DNA of 27,554 nucleotides from Bacteroidia bacterium. Lineage in GTDB: Bacteria > Bacteroidota > Bacteroidia > Bacteroidales > CAJPTX01. Both the position numbers and the translations under genes were made by a program. Numbering within the stretch: position 1 is the first letter of the stretch; the number at the start of each line of letters is the position of its first letter. This document shows positions 17,513-26,534 of the stretch, in pieces. The notes under the pieces were generated by a model that was given only the letters and a program-made list of their open reading frames with translations, searched no databases and was not told the origin of the DNA. The stretch spans positions 1 to 27,554 of the forward strand of contig JABCOB020000045.1 in assembly GCA_013333835.2 (NCBI GenBank), in the 5' to 3' direction.

Positions 17513-19183
17513 TTACCGCCCTTTTCCCGCTGTCTCCTCTTGGGTAGTGGCAGGCTGTTCCCCATTTGCGCTATCCCGCTCCCGATTTGCACGAACAAAG
17601 ATGGAAAGGAACTGCTGCCAAAGATCGTGTAGATTGTTGAACGACTGCGAGTAAACCACTCCAGCCCCTGCGGTGTACGGACTCAGATTGTTGAACACCA
17701 GATCATCGTTAGATCGGGCAAAAGCCCTGTAGTAAAGGTTCTTGAGAAATCCGCTCTGCTTGGTGAAACTGATATCCCCCGCCACCGCACTGCTCGTGTT
17801 GGCCCTATTCACATCAAAGTTAGCATCTATATTCACAGATTTCCACTGCATGGAGAGCGAAACCTGCGCATCATCGCCACGCTGGGTGGGAGTGGTGTTG
17901 GGACGGTAATTGATACCAACCCCGAAGGTCGGTGCATCCTCACTCGGAGCAATTTGAGCGAGCCACGCATTGAACTGGTTCGACAGCAGCTCCCAGAAGG
18001 TAGATAGCAGGGCATCGTTAATCCCATTGCTTTGGGTGGTAGTCTGCCCGTTAGCTGCGGCCACTTGGCTTTGCCCACGGGTATCGGCTACAAAGGCATT
18101 GAGCAGCAGCAATGAGGCAAATTGGCGGACCTTTTTCTCGTCAGTATTGAGGGCTGCTGCCAAAAGGCTCTGGGTCTCGGCATCGGCTTGGGGAATCTCC
18201 ACATCAAAGGCCAGAGTCGGATTGGACAGCCGCCCCTTAATGGTGAGCTTGCAGGCCACAGGAACACGGCGACGATACCGCTCTGCATCTGCAGCTGGCG
18301 CAAGTTTTTCCAGAGAAGCCCGCGTATTGTACACCGTCACTATGTTGGCGTAGGCCAATAGGGGGTCGCCATTGAAATGGATAGAACTCCCTTCCGTAAT
18401 ATTGAACTTCTTGCTAATCAACCCCTCCAGCGTAAAGGTGAACTCCCCACGATGCATGGTGTAATCGCCAAATATCGCCACGGGTTGCCCTGGCTTGGCG
18501 CTAATCTGCAGATTGCCAGAACCTCTCGCCTTGAGCATATCGCCCGTGTGCGAATTGATAATGAGTTGCGTTAGCGCATCATTGGTTACATGCAAGCCCA
18601 TATTGAGCGTAAGGCGAGGACTCACTGTTCGCTGGGTAAGCACCGCCTCCTGGCTGCCCTGGCGGAGCGAATCGGCCGGCGAGAGTGCGAATACAAGCTG
18701 CTGATTCTCTTTGGCCTGTACCGAGGTGGGCAGCTGGAATGAGAGGGTCGTACCCGCATTGGTGGTTACATCCAGATCGAGCCGAAGCCTACGCAGCGTG
18801 CCCGTAGCCTGAATGGAGGGAGAGGCATAGAGCTGCCCATAGAAGAGTTCTCCAGCAAAAGTACTAGTATTCAACAGCTTCATATTGATACCCGAGGCTT
18901 TCACTGCAATAGCAGGGTTGGAGAAATTCCCCCAGTCTACCGAACCATCTAGCCGGAACGGACTCCCTTGCGCATCGGTTACAATGAACCCGTTGAATAT
19001 GGCAGACCGCCCAGCCAGCTGTACGCGCGATGAGGTGGCAAAGCTGGTGTTGAGCATCCGTACCCCAAACTTGGCATCGTGGAACTGCAGATACCCATCG
19101 GCCCGGGGTGCGCGTACCGTTCCTCCTATCTGCACGTCGGCACTCAGTGCTCCATCGGTCTGCACCTGCCCCTGAGCCAGCAC
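17513..19183 (-). CDS. tamB: TamB (translocation and assembly module, DUF490-type), C-terminal portion of a frameshifted gene
   Basis: Beta-rich; TGDMLKARGSGNL, IFGDY....G.F.F, KKFNITEGSSIHFNGDPLLA, QFASLLLLNAF and the terminal G.GVVY...FN are typical of the Bacteroidota TamB C-terminus. Confidence 0.82.
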   Translation of the reverse strand: MLAQGQVQTDGALSADVQIGGTVRAPRADGYLQFHDAKFGVRMLNTSFATSSRVQLAGRSAIFNGFIVTDAQGSPFRLDGSVDWGNFSNPAIAVKASGINMKLLNTSTFAGELFYGQLYASPSIQATGTLRRLRLDLDVTTNAGTTLSFQLPTSVQAKENQQLVFALSPADSLRQGSQEAVLTQRTVSPRLTLNMGLHVTNDALTQLIINSHTGDMLKARGSGNLQISAKPGQPVAIFGDYTMHRGEFTFTLEGLISKKFNITEGSSIHFNGDPLLAYANIVTVYNTRASLEKLAPAADAERYRRRVPVACKLTIKGRLSNPTLAFDVEIPQADAETQSLLAAALNTDEKKVRQFASLLLLNAFVADTRGQSQVAAANGQTTTQSNGINDALLSTFWELLSNQFNAWLAQIAPSEDAPTFGVGINYRPNTTPTQRGDDAQVSLSMQWKSVNIDANFDVNRANTSSAVAGDISFTKQSGFLKNLYYRAFARSNDDLVFNNLSPYTAGAGVVYSQSFNNLHDLWQQFLSIFVRANRERDSANGEQPATTQEETAGKGR

Positions 19184-22104
19184 CCTAGCGGCGAAATGGC
19201 GAAATGGTCTAACCGCAAAGACCCCCGCAACTTTTCCTCATTGGGATTCCAGGCCAACAGAACAGAAAGTGCCTGATGCCCATCGAGTGCCATATTGGTT
19301 ACCCCAAGCAGGAATGGATGTTCTATGCCAGCCCAGCGACCTTTCAGCTGCAGCGCCCCGATGTAGGCACTGTTGAACCGAAGCCCATCAACCTGCATGT
19401 CAACCTTAACCGATGGCTTCCCAAACACCTGAGCCACAGCTACTCCACCCCGAGCCATGCCCTCTAGCCTGAAGGGCGACATGAGTCCATTGAGCAGATC
19501 GAGGCTGAAATTTTCGACCTGTAGGCGAACAGAATCTGCAGGATGCCGCGAGAGACGTCCGCTCACCGAGAGGCTATGCCCTTCATGCCTGAGATGGCAA
19601 TTAGAAACGTCGATCCCCGTAGTATCAAGCACTATCCGTGCTGGTGAGAACCGCCACCTACGCCCATCCACCTGTACCGCCCCTGAGTCGATCCTCGCCA
19701 GCACGTAGGGCACATTCAGGCTGTCAGAGGGGTAGAAATCTGCGCTCCAACCCAAGCTCAGCCTCGAAGAGCCCAACGTAGTAGCCCGCACTCCTAGGCG
19801 CATATCCAGGTGATTCTTCACTATGTTAAGCACCGTCCGTACCGAATCAAAGGGTGTAGCCGCCACCCTGCCAGAGTCGAGAGCCAACAGCAGTTGGGCT
19901 GTAGTGTCTCTCACCTGCCCCCGCACCCGCAAACCGCTCAGCTTAATGCTCTCATACCGCAGCTGGTCAGTACGCAAATTCAGCTCTAGACTCCGCCTCT
20001 GCGGTACAAAATCGCACGTCACCCTACTCCCTGGTGCCACATAGGCGGCAGGCAGCAGCACCTGTAGTATGGAGTCGAGCTGCCCTACTATGACCTCCCC
20101 GCGGTAGACTATCGCGGTGTCTGAGCTTAGTGGGTAAGTATCTGCGTATTCCACCGCATCGCGCCCAAGGTGATAGAAGGCATGCCCTCCCGTATCTATC
20201 ACGGCCGGGAGCAGATGCTGCGCCATCGCATTCAGCGACTTAGGCACCCTATTATACTGGCTACCTCCCCATAGAATACCCCTTAGCACCTTGGATTGCA
20301 GCATTATAAGCTTCCCCCCCTCGGCATTATGCGCTCCTAGCACCACAGAATCGACCCGAATCGTCCCACGCGCATTCCTATAGCTCAGGCCTGAGAGCTC
20401 CAGATCGCCGTCCAGGTTGTCCAGATTGCTACCCTGGATAGCGGCCTGGAGGTTGAGGCTACCCACCGATATAGAATCTGAAACTACGTGCATACGCGCC
20501 AAGTCAGCATGTGGCACCTCGGCCCGAAAACGGAAAAGGGGTAGCCGAGACGAGAGATCCACCATCCCGTTGAAGGCCAAGCGTAGCGCCGAATCGGCCA
20601 CACGGAGCGCGCCGCTGTAGCTAGTGGAGGTTAGCTGCCCCTCGGCCTCTATTCCGTGGTATGAATACCCCAGCAGGCTAAGGTGGCGGATCTTGGCACT
20701 GAGCTTAGAATCTAGACCCTTCTTCCGATCAAAACTCCCGTCGATGCTAGCATCCAGCGATGTAGTGCCGAGTTGGCTGCTGCCTGCCAGCTTACCGATA
20801 TCCAGGCTTTCGGTGGCCACCCTCCCTTTAAAGCGCACATGCCCCTGAGCATTGTAGGCCAACGAGAGGTCTGTACCCACCTTGCCGATGTTGGAGGTAA
20901 GCGTGCCGAAGGCCACGAAATCGTCGAGAAATCCCACGATTTCACCACGGTAGTGGAGCGATGCAACCCCTTTGAGGTACTGGCGCAGTAGGATGGGCTT
21001 CCCCGCAAAGCGCGATGCGAGCGACTCTATGCCAGCTGGCGTGGTTTGCAGGCTATCTATCGACACGCTCAGCACCGTAGACCGCCAATTGGGCAACCCC
21101 ACCAGCCCGGCATTCAGCACCATACGAGTTCCATCGGGCAACGCAATTCTCGCCGTATCTACCCGAAAATCAGACAGCTTACCTCGGTATCGCAACGAAA
21201 GATCGCACGGAATAGCCGCCTCTGCCGGCAATGGGGCAAAGTAGCCAACCTCCCGAGCATTGAACCGTGATGGTTGCACCCGGATATCCATCCGTACACT
21301 ATCATTGAAGTGAGACATCGCCTTCCAACCATGGTAGTCAAAGTGCAGCCAAGGGAGGTGCAAGCGGCTGTAAGGGGTGGTTACCTCCAGGTCGTTGAAG
21401 TGCATGTGGGTGGAATCCAACGCCATAAGGCATCCGAGATCCCGCACCTCAAAGCCCGAGGCCTCGCGCAGTGATACCCCAAAGAGACGCATCCGAACAG
21501 CCGCCCCCAGCACGTAGAGGTTGGAGGCCTCCGCGTTTATATGGCGAAAGTCGATATTGTGGGGATCAAAAATCCCCTCTTTTCCCTCCTGGGCACCCGT
21601 CTTCACCCGGACTTCAACATCATGCAGCGCAACGCTCGAGATGGTAAGATTGAACGGGAGCGAGCTGGTATCCTTAGGCTTGCTGTGATTCTGGAACAGC
21701 TCGGCAGCAGCCTTGATATTCAGCACACCCGCGCTGTCCGATGCGATGTTGATCAGTGCCCCGCGCCCCTCGGTATGCCCAAGCGACAGCAGCTTCCCGC
21801 CCCTGCCGATAAAGCGCAGCGAACTCATGGCGTAATCCACATGGATTAGGGTATCGCCCTGGAGATCCCACCAGGTGTAGTCATACACCTTAAGGCGCGC
21901 CAAAAGCCCCACCTCAGCCCGGCTGGCCGTCATTCTCACCCCAAACTTCCGTTCCAGAATGCCGAATACAAGCCGCGGTGCTGCCTCCTGTACGCATCGG
22001 AACTGGAAGGCTATCAGCACAGCACTGAATAGTACCACCGTACCGATAAAACTCCAGAGCGCAATACCCCCTAGAATACGGAAGAAACGGTGGACGAATC
22101 GCAT
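19144..22104 (-). CDS. tamB: TamB/AsmA-like protein, N-terminal portion of a frameshifted gene
   Basis: N-terminal TM anchor, DLQGDTL, long amphipathic beta repeats. Overlaps the downstream ORF by 40 nt in the -1 frame. Confidence 0.8.
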   Translation of the reverse strand: MRFVHRFFRILGGIALWSFIGTVVLFSAVLIAFQFRCVQEAAPRLVFGILERKFGVRMTASRAEVGLLARLKVYDYTWWDLQGDTLIHVDYAMSSLRFIGRGGKLLSLGHTEGRGALINIASDSAGVLNIKAAAELFQNHSKPKDTSSLPFNLTISSVALHDVEVRVKTGAQEGKEGIFDPHNIDFRHINAEASNLYVLGAAVRMRLFGVSLREASGFEVRDLGCLMALDSTHMHFNDLEVTTPYSRLHLPWLHFDYHGWKAMSHFNDSVRMDIRVQPSRFNAREVGYFAPLPAEAAIPCDLSLRYRGKLSDFRVDTARIALPDGTRMVLNAGLVGLPNWRSTVLSVSIDSLQTTPAGIESLASRFAGKPILLRQYLKGVASLHYRGEIVGFLDDFVAFGTLTSNIGKVGTDLSLAYNAQGHVRFKGRVATESLDIGKLAGSSQLGTTSLDASIDGSFDRKKGLDSKLSAKIRHLSLLGYSYHGIEAEGQLTSTSYSGALRVADSALRLAFNGMVDLSSRLPLFRFRAEVPHADLARMHVVSDSISVGSLNLQAAIQGSNLDNLDGDLELSGLSYRNARGTIRVDSVVLGAHNAEGGKLIMLQSKVLRGILWGGSQYNRVPKSLNAMAQHLLPAVIDTGGHAFYHLGRDAVEYADTYPLSSDTAIVYRGEVIVGQLDSILQVLLPAAYVAPGSRVTCDFVPQRRSLELNLRTDQLRYESIKLSGLRVRGQVRDTTAQLLLALDSGRVAATPFDSVRTVLNIVKNHLDMRLGVRATTLGSSRLSLGWSADFYPSDSLNVPYVLARIDSGAVQVDGRRWRFSPARIVLDTTGIDVSNCHLRHEGHSLSVSGRLSRHPADSVRLQVENFSLDLLNGLMSPFRLEGMARGGVAVAQVFGKPSVKVDMQVDGLRFNSAYIGALQLKGRWAGIEHPFLLGVTNMALDGHQALSVLLAWNPNEEKLRGSLRLDHFAISPLGCWLRGRCRPMEH

Positions 22105-22360
22105 AGGAACAGTATATCGAGATATTTTAAGAACCCCGCAAAATTCGCTTGAACGGCACAGCTCGCCGTACAGCTATGCAGTCTTCGATAAATGTAATCG
22201 GATGATTAATACTGTTTTAATTGAAAGGTCGGGGAACGAGACGCACCTACAAATAGACGTGTACGAATCTATTGCAGAGGCCGTGCGTTTCAGGGATCAT
22301 TAACGTGCGAACACCGAAAAAAACATATGGACACGCCGCCTGGCTATATCATTAGCGCCC

Positions 22361-23689
22361 CTACTGCCCAGGATTCTGGACTACCCCATACCCAGGTTTG
22401 CCCAGTAGCTCGAACATATTGCGTTTGTAGGCCTCTACCCCCGGCTGGTTGAAGGGATTCTCACCCTGCAGCAGCACGCTCACTGCACAGGCCAACTCAA
22501 AGAAGTAGATGGCGTACCCCAACCAGTAGGCATTGCGCTGGGGGATGCGTATCTGTAAGCAGGGAACGCCCCCCTGCTCATGGGCCGCCACGGTAGCCGC
22601 ACGGGCTACATCGTTAATTTCTGCTATCGGGCGCTTGGCAAGGTAGTTGAGCCCATCGTCATCCCCTTCCTTCGGAGAAAACGCCAATGCGGCGGCCTCT
22701 CTGTCCCCAACCCCTACCTGTATGTGCGTCTCAAAGAGCATTCTCTCCCCCTCCTGGATGTACTGGCCCAAGGAATGGAGATCTGTGGTAAAGCAAGCTG
22801 AAGCCGGGAGAATCCCCTTGCCATTCTTCCCCTCGCTCTCTGCGAACAGCTGCTTGAGCCACTCCTGAAAGCCGCGGAGGTATGGAGTGTAGGTACTGAA
22901 GAATTCTACCCGTTTCCCACTATCATACAGCAATTTGCGGGCTGCTGCATACTGGAGCGCTATATTATCATCCGCCCCTGCCTCAAGCAGCTGTTCCTCT
23001 GCGGCCTTAGCCCCGTTGAGCAGCCCTTCTATATCTCTACCTCCCAGTGCTAAAGGCAAGAGCCCTACGGGGGTAAGCACCGAGAATCGCCCCCCCACAT
23101 CATCTGGTATCACAAGCCGTTGCCATCCATTCTTCTCCGCCATATCATGGAGAGCACCACGCCTTGCATCAGTTATGGCCACTATCTGGCAACCATTGCG
23201 CTTTTCACTCCATTCCGCCTCCGCCCCCAGCGCCTCGAGCAGCAGTCTGAATGAGACCGCAGGCTCGGTTGTAGTGCCCGACTTTGAGATAACCACAACG
23301 GCAAACCGCCTGCCCCGTAGCCTCTGGAGTGTAGACAGCAGGTAGTCTGGGCAGAGGGTCTGCCCCATGAAGATGATCTCTGGCCCCGATCCCCCCTCGT
23401 TGGCAAGGGCCTCGAGCAAAGCCGCAGCCCCTAGGTATGAGCCTCCAATGCCCACTATCACCACCGTATCGAAGGCCGAGCGTATGCGGCTAGCCAGATC
23501 CTCTATCTCCTGGGTTTGCGCAGAGAGGGTTCTACTTGGCAGATGCAGCCATCCTAGGAAATCTTGCCCTGCACAATCACCCGCTTTCAGCGCCCTAAGC
23601 ACCTGGACAGCACGGCTAAGCACTGATGAGAACTGCCCCTGTGCAAGGCGTGAAATCTGCTGGCTCGGTATGAATTCAAGAGTACCCAT
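22361..23689 (-). CDS. pgi: Glucose-6-phosphate isomerase
   Basis: GIGGSYLG, SKSGTTTEP, VGGRFSVL, QLFAESEGK, DLHSLGQ, NPFNQPGVEAYK motifs. Confidence 0.98.
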   Translation of the reverse strand: MGTLEFIPSQQISRLAQGQFSSVLSRAVQVLRALKAGDCAGQDFLGWLHLPSRTLSAQTQEIEDLASRIRSAFDTVVIVGIGGSYLGAAALLEALANEGGSGPEIIFMGQTLCPDYLLSTLQRLRGRRFAVVVISKSGTTTEPAVSFRLLLEALGAEAEWSEKRNGCQIVAITDARRGALHDMAEKNGWQRLVIPDDVGGRFSVLTPVGLLPLALGGRDIEGLLNGAKAAEEQLLEAGADDNIALQYAAARKLLYDSGKRVEFFSTYTPYLRGFQEWLKQLFAESEGKNGKGILPASACFTTDLHSLGQYIQEGERMLFETHIQVGVGDREAAALAFSPKEGDDDGLNYLAKRPIAEINDVARAATVAAHEQGGVPCLQIRIPQRNAYWLGYAIYFFELACAVSVLLQGENPFNQPGVEAYKRNMFELLGKPGYGVVQNPGQ

Positions 23690-23714
23690 ATCTGATACGG
23701 TAGGATTAAAAATC

Positions 23715-24710
23715 TCAAACTAGCACCTCCGTTAGCCGTCGCATTTCGGTCTTGGCGTTCTTCCCCTCGTACAGAATACGGTGCATTGTCTCGGCTATCG
23801 GCATGTACACCCCATGCTGCAGGTTCACCGCATGTATCCCCCCGGTGGCGTAGTAGCCTTCTGCTACCATCTTCATCTCCATCTGCGCGCTCAGCACGCT
23901 ATAGCCCTTGCCGATCATGGTGCCGAAGGTGCGATTTCGGCTGAACTGCGAGTAGCAGGTAACCAGGAGATCGCCGAGGTAGGCGCTAGCCTCCGTCTGT
24001 CGAGTATCTGGATATGAGGAATGTAGAAACCGCACAATCTCGGCCTGCGCATTGCAGGTGAGCACCGCCTGGAAATTATCGCCGTACCCCAGTCCATTGG
24101 CCACACCCACCGCCACAGCGTAGATATTTTTCAGTATCGCGCTGTACTCCGTGCCATAGATATCGGTACTCTCAATGGTTCGAATATAATCTGTTCCAAT
24201 GAGTTTGCAGATCTGTTTGGCTCTTGCGCGATGCTTACAACTCACCGTGATGTATGACAGCCGCTCAAGTGCAACCTCCTCAGCATGGCAAGGGCCACTC
24301 ACCACACCCATCTGGCTGTAGCTCACCCCATAGTGCGACTTTAGGAATTCCGTAGCCGTAACATGCTCCTCGGGCACAATCCCCTTGATGGAGGTAACCA
24401 GAAACTTGCCCGACAAATCCACCGAGAGGGGCTTGAGCCATTCGCCCAAAAAGGCCGAGGGCACCACCATGAAAATGGTATCGGCACTGCGCACGGCATC
24501 ATCCAGCTCTCCGTGCACCCGAATCCTATCCAGATTAAAATGGACATCGCTTAGGTACTGTGGGTTATGGCCATGCCTGCGAATGTACTCGCTCATCTCA
24601 GGTCTGCGCACGTACCAATCTACGCAGGGCTGGGTCTCATGCAGAATCTTAACGATAGCTGTTGCCCAGCTCCCGCTACCCACTACTGCCACCCTAGAGT
24701 TCTGGTCCAT
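23715..24710 (-). CDS. gpsA: NAD(P)H-dependent glycerol-3-phosphate dehydrogenase
   Basis: GSGSWATA, SIKG, SGPCHAEEV, LKNIYA, GDLLVTCYSQFSRNR, VAEG motifs. Confidence 0.97.
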   Translation of the reverse strand: MDQNSRVAVVGSGSWATAIVKILHETQPCVDWYVRRPEMSEYIRRHGHNPQYLSDVHFNLDRIRVHGELDDAVRSADTIFMVVPSAFLGEWLKPLSVDLSGKFLVTSIKGIVPEEHVTATEFLKSHYGVSYSQMGVVSGPCHAEEVALERLSYITVSCKHRARAKQICKLIGTDYIRTIESTDIYGTEYSAILKNIYAVAVGVANGLGYGDNFQAVLTCNAQAEIVRFLHSSYPDTRQTEASAYLGDLLVTCYSQFSRNRTFGTMIGKGYSVLSAQMEMKMVAEGYYATGGIHAVNLQHGVYMPIAETMHRILYEGKNAKTEMRRLTEVLV

Positions 24711-25017
24711 AGGTCATATCATTTAAAGGCTGCGTTTGCAACGCCAACCGCACCTCGGGTACTCGCAAGGAATCGCGTCTCACCTCGCTATGCAGGTTCT
24801 TCCGTTTGCGCCCTGTGCAATGGCAGCCCGCAGGCCGAAATATCCCCTTTCCTCGAATGGCATAGTTGCTCTTGGTAGAAGCGCAACCCGTGGTAAAAAT
24901 CAGCACCAACGGCAGAATTCCCGCCAGGCACACCCAGCAGGCCCACCGTCCCAAGAGCGCTCGGGCAATCCCAAGTCTACTTGCATAACACGCTGAATAG
25001 CAATTCCTCTTCACCAT
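24694..25017 (-). CDS. Putative small lipoprotein of unknown function
   Basis: Hydrophobic stretch then lipobox-like TTG|C (Cys codon 24883-24885), mature CASTK..., CxC motif; fills the gap between a consensus promoter and gpsA. Start codon uncertain. Confidence 0.55.
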   Translation of the reverse strand: MVKRNCYSACYASRLGIARALLGRWACWVCLAGILPLVLIFTTGCASTKSNYAIRGKGIFRPAGCHCTGRKRKNLHSEVRRDSLRVPEVRLALQTQPLNDMTYGPEL

Positions 25018-25060
25018 CTACCCTGGATATTGCGCAAGGATACATGCAGTTTTCCACCGC

Positions 25061-25068
25061 CAAAGGTA
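25061..25068 (-). promoter_or_regulatory. -7 promoter element for lipoprotein-gpsA-pgi
   Basis: Plus-strand CAAAGGTA reads TACCTTTG on the minus strand, 44 nt upstream of ATG 25017. Confidence 0.7.
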
Positions 25069-25151
25069 GCCATTTTTACGCAACCCACCACCATTCACTA
25101 TGCGATTGCAGCAGAACCGCGCCGCGAGCCGCCTAGCTGGTGATTTTTTAC

Positions 25152-25159
25152 TACCTTTG
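25152..25159 (+). promoter_or_regulatory. -7 promoter element for the REase remnant and methyltransferase
   Basis: TACCTTTG(C), a perfect TAnnTTTG match, divergent from the element at 25061-25068. Confidence 0.7.
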
Positions 25160-25173
25160 CAGATGCTACTACT

Positions 25174-25529
25174 ATGGGCGTAGTAAATGGTGTGGACGCT
25201 GCTCGCAGGGTACTACCCCCGATGGCAAGCTTAACCGCGCCCACAGATCGGTGGTCTGGCTCTATAAAATGCTTTGGGATTTTGTGGTATATGACCACTT
25301 TGAGTACGAGGAAATAATCAACGATCTTTCTTACGAAGTCAAGAATGACAAGGCGTTTTCCGTGAGCGGTTCTGCATCGGCATCCCTTATACAATGCCAT
25401 GAAATTCAGCACCCGCGAATTCGGAGGGCAGAGATATCCCGTATCATTCTTGGGGGAGGAGAACGATTCCTTTCCCCCGAACGCCGTCTCGACGCAATGA
25501 TTGTCAACTCCCCCGACCTATTCTCTTAG
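25174..25529 (+). pseudogene. C-terminal remnant of a HindVP-family type II restriction endonuclease
   Basis: VWLYKML.DF, LSYEVKNDKAFSVSG, PRI...EI..IILGGG...LSPERRLDAMIVNSPDLF match the HindVP-family C-terminus as I recall it. Only about 100-118 codons remain, against about 330 aa for full members. Stop lies 1 nt before the MTase ATG. Confidence 0.75.
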
Positions 25530-25530
25530 C

Positions 25531-26439
25531 ATGCGAACCCTCGATCTATTCTGTGGCTGTGGGGGGCTTAGTTTAGGGTTTGAGCTGGCTGGCTTTGAGC
25601 TAGTGGCCGCAGCCGATAACTGGCCAGAGGCGTTAGCGGTCTACCGGCAGAATTTCCAGCACCCCGCCCTCCTCATGGATCTCTCCGACGTGGAGAACGC
25701 CCTAGCACAGCTCGCCCCACTACGCCCCGAGGTGGTAATAGGAGGGCCGCCCTGCCAAGATTTTTCCTCGGCCGGCAAGCGTGATGAGGACAACGGCAAG
25801 GGGGCGCTCACGGTGGCCTATGCCCGCCTCGTAGCAGGGCTTAGCCCTTCGATTTTCGTTATGGAGAATGTCCCAACCATCGTGGGCAAGCGCAAGTTGC
25901 AAGAGGCTAAGGCCATACTCCAGGCCTCAGGGTATGGGCTATCTTCCACTGTGCTGGATGCAAGCCTATGCGGAGTGCCGCAGCGTCGGAAACGCTTCTT
26001 CATGGTGGGCATCCTCGGAGGGAAGGACGGGGAGCTGCTGCCAACCCTTCAGGGCGGTTTAGCCAAGGCTCCGCTCACAGTGCGCCAGGCTCTAGGCAAT
26101 GAGATTACCGTGGACTACTACTATCGCCACCCAAGGAGCTACGCCCGGCGGGGGATATTCTCTGTCGATGAACCCAGCCCCACCGTCAGAGGGGTGAATC
26201 GCCCTATGCCACCTGGCTATCAGCTGCATTCAAACGATGCGGTGCAGACCAAAGAGGGTATACAGCCCCTTACCACACTACAACGGGCTAGGATACAGAC
26301 CTTTCCTGCCGATTTCTGCTGGAATGGCCCGCGAACCGTAGTAGAGCAGCTGGTGGGGAATGCGGTGCACGTAAAGCTCGCGCAGCACGTAGCCGAACGC
26401 CTATTAACCTGGATTTCAACCGAATGGGTCTATAAATAA
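25531..26439 (+). CDS. DNA (cytosine-5) methyltransferase, M.HindV/M.HgiDI-like; predicted target GRCGYC
   Basis: DLFCGCGG (motif I), GGPPCQDFS (IV), ENV (VI), PQ.RKR (VIII), RIQTFP (IX), GNAV (X). The TRD YYRHPRSYARRGIFSVDEPSPTVRGVNRP resembles M.HindV. Start set at ATG 25531. Specificity is an inference. Confidence 0.95.
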   Translation: MRTLDLFCGCGGLSLGFELAGFELVAAADNWPEALAVYRQNFQHPALLMDLSDVENALAQLAPLRPEVVIGGPPCQDFSSAGKRDEDNGKGALTVAYARLVAGLSPSIFVMENVPTIVGKRKLQEAKAILQASGYGLSSTVLDASLCGVPQRRKRFFMVGILGGKDGELLPTLQGGLAKAPLTVRQALGNEITVDYYYRHPRSYARRGIFSVDEPSPTVRGVNRPMPPGYQLHSNDAVQTKEGIQPLTTLQRARIQTFPADFCWNGPRTVVEQLVGNAVHVKLAQHVAERLLTWISTEWVYK

Positions 26440-26534
26440 TCAGGATTACAGCCGTGCTGACGAGGCAGCCAGGGAATCCCATTTCTACCAATTGGCGAGG
26501 TTTGCTATCGTGATCTTGGTAGGGGCTCTCCGGC

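Noticed and set aside
17513..19183. Local reversal of G/C skew in the tamB 3' part as evidence of inversion or transfer
   Set aside because: Judged from a few hand-counted lines only, and explainable by Ser/Thr/Ala/Pro-rich composition.
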